Shown in pieces: positions 1-32,968 of a stretch of DNA of 64,000 bases. The first letter of the stretch is position 1. Each line of letters starts with the position of its first letter. The position numbers were made by a program, and so were the translations under genes. The notes beneath the pieces are model-generated. The model worked only from the letters and a program-made list of their open reading frames with translations, was not told the origin of the DNA and did not search any database. The DNA comes from Tubulanus polymorphus (Eukaryota; Animalia; Nemertea), in the NCBI RefSeq assembly GCF_964204645.1, contig NC_134029.1, positions 2,852,001-2,916,000 of the forward strand, given 5' to 3'.

Positions 1-267
1 CAGTTTGATAGTGTGTGAAATCGGTAGAATTAACTCGGTTATCTTCGGGACAAACGTCAATTTTATCATCGAAACCATCACCATCAAAATCATTCTCGCA
101 GACGTCTCCGAGTCCATTCTCTGCATGAATCAGAACATATGCACAACAATGTATAGATACTTAGTAAATATGGAAAAATTAAAACATTCTTAGGAAATGA
201 TGTATAACGTTTGATGGGTTTAGATCATGTTGGTAGGAGTCAGCCAGTCAGCCAAACCAGCCAGTCA

Positions 268-351
<84 letters not shown>

Positions 352-3300
352 CTATTTTTTATTTCGAACGTTCTCCTCTTGCCGAACCTACCTATAATTT
401 ACTCTACCTCTTGCTCAATAGATGATTGGAAGAACGATGTCTGACGTTCTACTCATGAAATTATATCATCAGTAGCAATGATAGAATCCTGCACTTACTG
501 TCGGTATCTCTTTGATCTATGTTTGGTATAAGGTAACAGTTATCATCCGCGTCAACGATTCCATCGTCATCGTCATCTTCATCACACGCATCACCTTTGA
601 TAGTCGAAGATACAGAGATTACAGCGATTGAACAGATAAAATTGATAAAACATCAAATGTGTCAAGATCAATCAGCACAGTCACTGTACCTATTCCGTCA
701 CCGTCCGTATCTCTCTGATCTGCGTTTGCTTTTGATGGACAGTTGTCCAGATTATTTTGACGGCCATCACCGTCGCTGAAAAAAAATGAATTTCATTCAC
801 GGTGAGATGAAATGAGCAAAATAACAGCATTTTGTAGACAGGTATGCAGCCAGGAATTGACACGAGCAGCAGTTTTATATTCCAAATAGGAAAACTTTCC
901 TTTGTATGAAAAAATGAATATTCTTTGAGTCCTAATGCTGGCTCATCAATGGAACTAAAACTAAGCCGTTCTTTAGGATTCGAGCCTAGAACGCAGAAAA
1001 TGTTGGAATAAGCTCCAACGGCTGCTCTTCCGACGAGAAATAAGCGAAATTTCCATGGTTTGCACCTGGAACCAATGAACTAACCACTAGACAACCGGAA
1101 ATATAGTGTAATGGGATATTTGAAAGGTGGAAGACACCACTGGTTGCCAGTCAGGTGTGGTGAGACCTGTCAGGCTCAGTGATTGTCATCCACTGGCGAT
1201 AACTCCTCTTCGATTAAAAGATATTCTTTATGAATTAGAATTTTACAGAACTATTAAATACACTACGCACTCATCTATGTTCAGGTCACAAACATCTCCG
1301 ATAAAATCATGATCGACATCTGCTTGTGTGGGATTCTGAATAGTCGGACAGTTATCACAGGCATCACCGATACCATCCGAATCTGTATCATTCTGATCTG
1401 TATTCGATATCAGTTTACAATTATCAGCCGTATTAATTATTCCTATAAAATAATATATGAAAAAGCCACTCGTAAAGAACTATCGTAGTAGATAAGTTGG
1501 TATTTCATTCATATAGAATGCATATCGCAGATGGTCGACAATTTTGCCAGCGACTCTGAAAGAGTCTTACCGTCGTTATCAGCATCAATATCACAGGCGT
1601 CTCCTATACCATCAGAATCCGTGTCAGTTTGATCGGCGTTAGGAACTGTAGGACAGTTGTCACATTTATCACCTATTCCATCAGTACTGCTCGGTTCACT
1701 GTCAGCTTGATCGAAATTTGCAACTAGTGGACAATTATCCTAAAATACAAAGTGTAGTGACCGGTAATAGCTATCGTAATATATTATACTCAGGCCTTCT
1801 GCGTAAGACGCACAATAATATCAAGGGTGTTGCCTAAAAGCTAAGCCAAACTAAATTTTTCCTGAAATCTTCAGCGCAATAAAGACATCATATTGAAATA
1901 ATCAGTTCGATCTGAAGCGTCTAGAAAAATTTTCATCTTACTGGGTGACTATGTATTGATAACGCATGACTTAATACGAAGCGATTTGGGAAGAATGAAG
2001 CTTTTAAAGTATTATGCTATGAATATTCAATCCTCCAAGTTCAAACGTACGTCGTCGTTATCGATCAAATCATTATCAGTGTCAGTATCACACGCATCTC
2101 CTAATCCATCATTATCAGCATCCTCCTGACCGCTGTTCGCTACTAATCTGCAATTATCCTTCAAACACAAAATATAACATTCTAAACAATTTACATCACA
2201 CTTTTACTCGAGAAATATAAACAGAATAAATAGAATATTGTATGACGTTTAAACGATTAGAAATTGAAAAATCCAACAAAAATCTTTTCTAGTTGTATAA
2301 GTTTGAATTGGGGATATGCCCGAGTGCTTTGCGAGCTATAAACACATCGACACATTGTCTATAGTTTATGTAGTACAGAAACCTTGAACTTCGATATAAC
2401 TCAATCATAGAAAATTAGCTTTTTTCATTACAATATCCATTGTATGGTCTTTTTACCTTTCTGCAGGATTGTGCCGTGCATTTCAGGTCAAAATCCGGAT
2501 AACCGTCGAGATCAGAGTCAACGCCACAAACTTCATTCCCGTCACCGCTATATCCGATATTACACTGCACAAAATAACATGTTTAATTAAGTGGGATGGA
2601 GATAATCTAAATGGTTCGAACACGAATCGATACAAAAATTAGTGTCTCCTACTAATATTAACAGTACTTGTATGAATCATATGAATTCAGTTCTGAGTTC
2701 AGTCCCTGACGAGACGAATTACATTTACAATATCGAATTCGAAAATAGACGTACTTATTCAGACTTGTTTCGCGTCAAGTCGATTAGATTTGATATATTT
2801 TTGCCCGTTCAGTGAAAGCTGTTTGGGGTAGACCCCTCGGGCAACTTAGATCAATGCAGTACGGTGATATTTTGAGGGTATATCTAAATCGAAAATAAAT
2901 CTTGATTTACTATTTTTGGCCATTATTCGAAAAGAAGAAGCATTGGCGAGACTAGTTTTGTTGAATTAGTTCCAGAACATAAACTTGATCAAGATAAAGA
3001 GTCACAGTGGATCTACCGGTAACGTGTTGTACCTTGCACGTATACGATCTGTAACCTCTGGGCATTACGCATCGCGCATTCCCGTCACAAAACGTAACCG
3101 CATCTGGACAGGCGACCTTCATTTTCGAACAACCCGTAGTTTGATTGCCCAAATAGCCAAACTGACATTTACCGCAAGAGAATGAACCCTGTAGTGAAAG
3201 ATGAAAAGAAATCAACTAGGATTTGTATTGCTCGGGACGTTTAAACTAGAGAACTCTAGGTAACGTCTATGGTAACATAAAATCTACACAATATCGCAGT

Positions 3301-6300
3301 GATTTTAATTATTGATTTTTAGGATATTTGCATAGATTTGCATATTCAGTTTAGCGGTGTATTTACTGGCGTATTTAGACATTGCGAATGTGGTTTACAG
3401 CCTCCGTTTTCGCCATCTTCGCACTCATTTATATCCTTACATATCTGAAAATAAACATCCTATGATATAGCAAGCAATCAGTGGACAAATATAATTTCCA
3501 CAAGGGTAGTTTATTTCATTCTTATTTATTGCAGGTCACCTGGACATTTTCTTCAGCATATTTGATACCGATGCCTTTGATTTCAGCGCTAGTGAAGCCG
3601 ACTGGGCACGCTGTACAGTGAAATCCGGGTACGGTGTTAACGCATTTTGTCAGCAGGTCACACGGTCGAGACACTGAACACTGCAATATTAACCGTATTT
3701 ATTAAGAGGAAAAAAAAGAAAAATCAGAAGCCAAGTCCATTGTTCCATAAAACGACAGGGGAGTTAACTTAGACTAAACACTAAAAGGAAGGTTATAAAG
3801 TTTGAATATATAATACATATAGTGCATTTAACCATTAATCTTTAGTTATATATCACGCCATTAGTATACACCGACCATACAGGTTTTATGATATTTTCGT
3901 TGTCAATGATCTTAAGAATTCCTGACCTATGTTTTTTTTTTAATCAAAATAGGCTACCGTTTTATCGTATCGATCTAGATCCAAATCCGCAGTTGAAATG
4001 TAACTATGGGCCTAAATTGATACGAATGATCTAATCGAACTTAATCACGAACTTTGTGAAACTGGGTCTTGAACGGAGTGAGACTGAAAGCATTCAGTTA
4101 CCTTGTGATGTTTATATATTGATGAATGTATCAACTATTCATGATATGTTTGAAAAAAAAATGCATCCGATATCCACAAAAACTTATTAACCGTCCGTTA
4201 TATGGGATGTGTATTTGTCTATGCCATAAATGTGTTGTTTGACCTCAAGACAACATGAAATATAAATGATATGTATACCTCGTTAATGTCAGTACAGTTT
4301 ACACCATTTCCAGTAAAACCACGAGGACAGGCGCCACATTTAATACCACGACTATCTTCGCTGATACACTGAACACCGGGAAAACAAGTGTGACCGTTAC
4401 AGTCTGTGGAGGTCGCTTTCGTGCATTGTCCGGCAAAACCGTTCCCGATATATCCATCTGGACACGGACCGCAGCGGACGCGGCCTTCATTATCAATACA
4501 CAATACGCCTGGAAACAAAGCAACAACGGCGAAATGAGTTTAATAAATCTTCATAAATCAGTTAGAAATCGAACAGTAAATCATTGCCTGATATGAATAC
4601 AGTAAAAGTATCCCCGAACAAAATATACCGATGACAGTAAGAAATATGAGGTATCGGTTGGTTAAGTTTAATATTTCCATTAATCATCATAATATACGTG
4701 GGAATTTTGTGTTCCTGCTCCCAATGACAAGAACCTGTTTTTTCTGAAGTTAAACCAAATGTTAGAAATTGACCTCTCTCCAAATATCAATGAATTTCAT
4801 ACGTTCGTGTTGATTAAGGAAAAAAAGAATTTCTGAAATTAAAAATGAGAAAATCCGACCCTATAATTTTGTAACGTGAATTAGCTAAAACGTTGTGGGA
4901 CTTTTCAGATAAGAGTATCTTATTCGAATCATTTCTTGATATATTCTATACTTAATTTACCTCCAAAACACGGTTTATCACGACAAGTTACGCGCTGACA
5001 TTTGCGACCATCGCCGGTGAATCCCGAGGGACATTTACCGCAAACCGGACCAAAACTCGTATCGGTACAGCTTACATCGGGATAACACGGTTTATCGTCA
5101 CAACTACCGCTTACTTTCAGAATAGTGTCGTGATGAGCGCTCGTTTCCGGTTCTTCAATCTCTACTCGAGTTCATTAATAAAATGTATTAACAATTATGA
5201 GTTGATACACAAAATATAGGGGAAGCGCATTCCCACAACGTGAAGACTAAAAATTGATTTAGTATTTCGGGTGTTTCCTACAGCCAAAAAGTGGAAATAT
5301 ACGGGATTCTCTTTCATATTGATAATTACTTTTCAACTTAAATCAATGCGAATTTTCTCTATTTCAAGCGTAGCTTGTACAAAATCAACAAATTTGAGTC
5401 TGTATATTGAATAAGGATAATTCGTCATCTAATGATTGATAATAATCTCATATCATTTCCCTATACATACATTCTATAGGTTTAGAATAAGTAAGCCTAC
5501 ATAGTTTCTTCAGAGCGCTTTACGTGTTGAGTTCAGTGTCTGAACGCGCTAATCTATTTGTATATTTGTCTGTATTCATTGAAGCGATTTCAACCGAAAG
5601 GATTTAAACAGTAGTGAATATATAACGATCAAATATTATAGATATAATTTTACCAGATGTGCATATCTTGCAACTTTGTAAAGTAGTCCTGAGAATTTGC
5701 GTTTCCCCTGCCTGTAAAAAGACCCACATTTAGAATTAATTATATATCTGAAGGGTTTTCGCGCATATCAGATTTTTGTTTTACCTCGTGGCGAATATCT
5801 AATTGCAATTCTTTCAATACAGCGACAAGATTTTTTATTTCGTTCACAAGATCACGATTATCTACAAAAAAAGCGATTATCATTTTACCACAAATCTCAT
5901 GAATGATAGTAATTCGTTTCAGATCGAAATTGACATTTTGTGTTTTGCCTTATCAAAGTGTGTAGTTTACAAAAAAAGAAATTGAAGAAACTAATTCTTG
6001 AACTTGGTATGACGTACTCTTGGTCACGGTATCTGAGTACTTTGAGGTCAGGGCGCTGGAAAATTCCAAGAATTATTTGAATAATTATCATCCACATCGC
6101 TGAACACCGCACGCCACAACTAACAAAGTGACGTCATTACGTAAATAGTCTCAAATTAGACGCAGACAGGCTTTTTCGCTCTCGCTGGTCAACTCATATT
6201 TTCGCAGTCGTCTTTATTTCATTTTCAGCAGAATTATCTACATGTTAAAAATGTTTACCCTGATTATATGCCTGATCACGACTGCGGGGTTGGTCGTTCA

Positions 6301-7318
6301 CGTAGCCTTCCATACGATCTTTACAAGGCCGCCGAATCAAAACCTCTTGCGCCATTTTCTCAACGAAAACTCCAAATGATCGATGCAACCTCTGAATCAT
6401 ATATAGAGGTGGCAAACATTTGTATTAGTTGATAATTCGAAAACATTCGAAAATGAGCTAAAACTGGGAGGTTTTGGACTGTACAGGTGTGGGTAAAGAA
6501 AATGAAAACAAAGTCGACAAGACTGTGATGTGTGAAACAAAACAAGCTCCACGAGATTGGATGAAAAAAAAATTAATCTGATCAATTCAATTACCATATG
6601 ACTCCATGCAGCGAGTCTTTGACGCAAATTCGCGTCCACGCTGATTTTGACGGCGAGTTGACAGTTGACAAAAACCTCTAAAGCGTTCGACTGTTGATTC
6701 AGATTCCACAGATGAATGAGAACATCGGCTCTATGACGAGCGTGATTAGACGCAGTTACCGGGAAAAATAGCGGCACCAGTTCACCTTTACTGTCGTGAT
6801 AGTTGACAAATACTACACAAATAGAACATGATAACCACACCTCAGATTGACCAAGTTAAAATGATCTCCTGACGATGACTTCATAATGAAAATAATTGTT
6901 TTATATCAAGTTACCTCCGTGCCCATAGCCTTCAATAGCTATTTCAAACGATTTCTTCTGATTATCAATTAGTTTGAAAAGGCGCAGTGACGGATTCCAT
7001 GATCTCGGAAGCACTACAGTTCCAGTGATCACTACCTCGTTATGTTCAGTCACTGATTTCTGAAGTCGCGCCTCTGAATTAAAAAATGATAATGAATTCG
7101 AAAGCTCTGTAAGAATCGTCGACACTGGTCGAAATTCTAGATATATAAGGGTCCAATTTGACCCTGGTTCCAGTTCCTCGTGTGGGATTTTTATTGGACA
7201 TTATGGACATCCATTTTTTATACTCACCAAGCCTCGAGCGTCTGGAAAGCGCGTCAGTAAATATTCCATAAACCGATAATGATATCAGAATCGAAAGTAC
7301 GAATCGCTTCATGTTCAT
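1..7318 (-). CDS. THBS: Thrombospondin, subgroup B (TSP3/4/COMP-like), multi-exon; 3' end lies outside the window
   Basis: Signal peptide [23 protein letters not shown] (exon ~7226-7318). N-domain exons ~6911-7075, 6594-6868, 6259-6391. Coiled coil [40 protein letters not shown] (~5654-5862) with C-terminal CxxC as in pentameric TSPs. EGF exons ~4961-5160, 4278-4509, 3538-3680, 3361-3445, 3031-3189, 2457-2565. Type-3 Ca-binding repeats ([33 protein letters not shown]) from ~2158 leftwards, ending at 1-122 with [43 protein letters not shown] introns. Confidence 0.93.
241..350. repeat. (CAGC)n tetranucleotide microsatellite
   Basis: Direct run of cagc units in a thrombospondin intron; it explains the spurious QPAS-repeat ORF at 211-444. 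Confidence 0.97.
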
Positions 7319-8646
7319 AAGATAAGCGAAAACTAGATGATATTTGAAACGTCTTATAAATCCTAATAACTGAGCAGAGTTTTGTTTATGGGAACAAATC
7401 AGTAAAACGTATAAGGCCAGTCATTCCTCGTACAAATCAAATCACATCTCGTTTATATCGTGGTCACACTTATAACGACTTATAACAATTTATCTCGCAC
7501 TCGACGAAGTTTCGGCCAAGAACGATTAAAAAACAATTATCCAAGGTATTCGCTATAAAATCCCCAGACGAATATCTCATAAAATCGACTGTTGTTATTG
7601 TTTTGGACTAATTACGAATCGAGTAGAATTATCTAGAACTGTACGTGGGAATAGTTGATCGGAGGATGACGGTTTAATACGGGGCTGTTGTATCGATAAA
7701 TTGCGATGGTACTTTTTGCGTAATTATTCTGCGTTATCTCAATGACAACAGATCGGGGGGAACAAGTGCTTTCTTCCGCCTCGTAACAGTACGCGGTATA
7801 GGCGCATAGATATCTGAATGTGAAGTATTGTGTTTTCCGGTATCATCGAAAATGATGTATATCTATTTAGAAAACCGCTATAGCATAGATATAACATGGC
7901 TAGTAAATGTAAGTTCCATTTGGCATTCACGCGCAAAAGAAGAACAATATTTTGATAGAAAAAAATGGCGTTATCGCAAATATTTTCACGAAAACACGAT
8001 AACAACATTACTAGTACTGTACTATCAAAGTCTACTAGATTTACAGGCATGCGATCCCTTAAAGATCGCTATAATATAAAATATGAAAAGTGAAACAATC
8101 GGAATCTTTCTTCGAATTCGAATACAGAACGAAAGTTTCGGTTCTGATAAAACACGCTCGGATTTTTATGACGGTATCATACTGAAATTACGTAATCATG
8201 GATCATTCTAAAACCTATCCTCGAAGAGAATACTGGCTGACTTGTCGAAACGAGACAAAAAGGGCGTTTTTACTGAACATTATCCGCAATAGCGACAAGT
8301 TAATCTGTTTTGACAACGAAACAATGACGGCGTCGTCGACCCCGTGGGCGAGGGCACAGTAAAACATAGTCGTGCTCAATGAAAATGCTTTAATTAGCCT
8401 GAATTATCACCATCATCTATTAATTGATAATTAACCTTAAACAATTGCGTATGGACGCGTTTAAAAACACAGCGTGGAAATAAGGATAGATGCTAATCGT
8501 GTTTCAACACGAGTATTCCAATTGACGATGAGGAATTGTTAGTTTGATAATTTCCAAACGAATGTTCCATGTTGATGAAAAGTGTCCCAAGTATAGCTCA
8601 TCGTATAAACCTATTAGATGAGATACAAATAATATAAAAATTCATT

Positions 8647-8790
8647 GAGAGAAATCCCACAATAACGAAGCCAAGATTGAAAAATATCAGAATGATTATT
8701 TTTGAGGAGCGACGTTTCGGCTAACAACTGTTAGCCATCATCAGGCGTACTGAGAACAAAATATAATACCAGGATATTTATACAAGAATA
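8647..8790 (-). mobile_element. Penelope-like element terminal remnant with a minimal hammerhead ribozyme
   Basis: Minus strand reads TATAAATA, ~30 nt, then gcCTGATGA-tggctaac agtt gttagcc-GAAACGTCgc, then ttattgtgggatttctctc, a tail shared with the 10721 element. Confidence 0.7.
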
Positions 8791-9579
8791 TGAAGAATGT
8801 GAGATAGAATATTGTGTAACTTCTCGTCTTATAAAAATTCAAACTGTTGAATCATTGAGAATGAATTTTGACTAAAGGAATTTACCACGGAAGAACCCGC
8901 AGGCCCCTCTTCATTGACGGTTAACAGCACCTCAAACCCGGCAACTTTCCAATATGTCACTGCAACTGATAAAATGATAATACAAAAGGTTCGCGTTTCT
9001 CGTTTTTTCCTGTATGTTACGTATCGATTTTTTTAAGGATTCATCCCCAGGATTAACTTTAAAAAAAAAAACTCTCTCAAAAATATGCGAGATGTTGCGT
9101 TCAAACTATCATGTAAATTAGAGCTATGCTTAAGGTTGAAGGCTTGTAAGATAAGAAAAAAAATTACAAAAATCTTCTAGAATGAATCTTTTTATCATCA
9201 ACCAATTGTACTTTTCTACTTAAAATTTCTATAGCCATGGTCTGTGTATGTCTTGGGTGAAGTTAATTTATTTCTCGCGAGGAGATTAGTACTGACAATG
9301 TAGGGTTTTTATATGAACGAAGTTATGTCCATTTGCTGAGTACTGTCCCCATGCTCTGTTACCCTCGCGTATAATTCCTAAATCCGACCGACGTCACAGG
9401 ACATCAAACTGACCAGAACACATTTAACATACTTGACAGTACAGTAACGGACAGAACGCGTCCACACCCGAACCTGCGCGCACCAAACACAACGACCCAT
9501 AAGGCTTTTTCTCGCCGTGAAATCGGTAGTTTTTCTACCGGAATATTCGTACATTTTAAAGAAAAGATCCATAAACAAC

Positions 9580-30199
<20,620 letters not shown>

Positions 30200-32968
30200 T
30201 AGAAATACAGCGGTTAGAATTAGAAATATTCTCTCGTGAAATTAAATTAATCAGTTACAGTATTAATCTTATACACGTAAAAACCAGTATTTAAAGTAAA
30301 CGTATCTTCGACTATAGCTACGTTATACTGTAGAACAAGTAAAAATACACATTCTATTAAGTAGTATATATGATGTATTACAATATTATATTTCGTTTTT
30401 TTTTTTCGTTGAAATCATAGTCTACTTAATAAGCTACGAATGAAAAGGAATTAATTTGTAATATTATCTAGTCATGTGTATATGAAACGCTGATCGCGGT
30501 GGTGACTGTAGAAGCACAGTAACTCCGTCAGAATGAGACGACTTGCTAGTTGCGAACGCTGTGATATTACAATTAATTGGTTGATCGAATCTCGTGATGA
30601 GATGAGACCGAAATGAATAGATATGAATATACATATTATATGAATTGTGATTCGATTATTTATACATAATACGTTATATAATTTATCCCTTTATTCTTGT
30701 ACTGTCAATTATTTATAGGTTATCATTATTATTATTATTACATTTTTGGGTTTGGCACAAATTACTATCGTTATTAATGTTATCAGAAATTCGTATTATA
30801 TTTTTCTGCAAATAAAGCGTATTTTTCTATTTATGAAACAAGTGAAAAAAAATAAACATGTTTAAATTCGAAACCTGGAGACAATCGTTCGTTTTCATTT
30901 TCTTTGGGTGCATTTTTACGAATCGTCAATATTAAACCTCTTCCCATCAAGACGATAAATGCGCGTTGTTGAAGTTGCTGACAAAACTCTCGAGCACCTA
31001 CAGGTGAAGATCATCATGTACGACGAACAGTAAGTTCACGTTGATATGATTTTCCGAAGGCGCCTGTGAATATGTAATAAAGACGAGGATTTAGTTTCCA
31101 GCTTAGACATTTTCTGCCACTATTCAAACATTGGTTTCTCGTATATTTCGCGGGGCTAACGATTGATATCAAGGGAAAAACGACGCGTATGATGCGGTAT
31201 TCAATGGGAGTTCTGGGAACTGAAACTGCACTCGTTATTTCATTAAGAAATTTACCGCGATTTACAACTCCCTCATCGTGTTATCAATGATGAATAATGC
31301 ATCGATTGTCATCAACTCGTTTCACGGCGAGTGAAATAAATCAAAGTCATATACGACACGTTGTTAGCTTGATAACTTGTCAAAACATGAGGCTGAAGAT
31401 GAAATTATCTGAGCACGATTCGGCGTTGTTTTTCTTGTATTACGCAGTGAATGATGGAGGCTAATTGAGTTCATTATCTCAACACGTGAGAATCATGATC
31501 AACCGGTGTTCCTGGTGCAACCCGTTCTCAAGGTCTTACTACATGATAAGCCTGAAGGGGTTTGGTACATCGTAAAGGTTATGCACGTGACATCCCATTG
31601 TCATTATGACCGTAAAAATGCAATTGATTAACTGAGTTCAAAGTCATAATTGACGGTCATCTTACGGTCATGTGAGCAAAATGTGTGCAAAAACCATATC
31701 AAAATGATAAGAATTCCACAATGATAACGAAAAAATCAAGTCCGAAAATGACTCCGTGCGGTACGAACGCATCCATACATATCATAGATTGATCATACTT
31801 TGAATCCGTCAAATACCTTATTCATATCTTCAATATGTCTATAATTTGATATTTGAAATTTTATATTCATTTGGACATAAAAATATGTTATAAAATGTAT
31901 ATATACATACATCATTAAAAATCAATATAAACAGATGTAGCATTAAAAGTTTGCAATACATTTATTGCGTTTTGAAATTTTCTAGAAATTGTGACATGAA
32001 AATGAATTTATTTCCACATAAAATACACAACTCCAGAAGCACAGAACATATAAGGAATAATTCCAATGATACAGAAAATCGAACGAGAAACTCTGACAAT
32101 CAGAAACTGAAAGTTCATTGTGACATCATGTCACCCGACTGGTCGCCACACTGACCACTGATTCAATTCAACACAAACTTCTAAACTCTAGTAATCACAA
32201 CAGATTTACCCAGTCTGCCGAATAGATACCTTTTCGGTGGAATGTATTTTTGGTCGATGTATTCACAACATGTCAAATATTCTGAAATTGGCTACAGTAA
32301 AATGATACTAAATGAAATGGATCTTCAATGATTCGTTCTGATCGATTCTAATTGGTTGCCGACCCGTGACAGAATTACAGCAGTAGAAATAGACGTTTCA
32401 GTTTCTGTTCTGTTTTGCGATCTTTTAATGAATAAAACCGATGTGATTCAGACGGAAGGTCAAACCACCATTTCACCTTGCAGACGAAACTATAAAGTAA
32501 CGTTGATGTATTATCAGAATCGTGTTGTGCATGTTTTATGTGGTTTCTCTGTAAGAGATTGATAAATGAAATCAGGATGTTACAGGTGACAAATGGCTCA
32601 TGTTCGCTTCTCTCTCCTCGCTCCTTTCTCCTCTCTGCCATTCTCTTTATAGTGACTGTGCATCTCCCAAACGCAATTACAAGTGCTCAGAAATATACTA
32701 CAGAAAAATAGATGCACATCAGATTGACGACGTTGTGTGTCGGTGTCGACAGAAGCGGATTTTTCATGTGATTCGCACCGTTCAAACCGATGAGGCTAAG
32801 ATGTTATCGGGATAATAATTTACACGGATATCGAACATTGTTACATCCGACCATAAAATGTGTTCTCATCTATAACGAAACAGTGTCAGTTATTAGTGTT
32901 AGTTTCATATACTTGGAATTCACGAGAATTTGGTAAATTGATAAACAACGCTCTAGGATTCAACTAAA

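Noticed and set aside
2700-2750. CTGACGA...GAAA hammerhead-like string
   Set aside because: Stem II is out of register and there is no GAAAC-NUH arrangement.
6866-6895. CTGACGA...GAAA hammerhead-like string
   Set aside because: No stem II, and it coincides with a thrombospondin splice acceptor on the minus strand.
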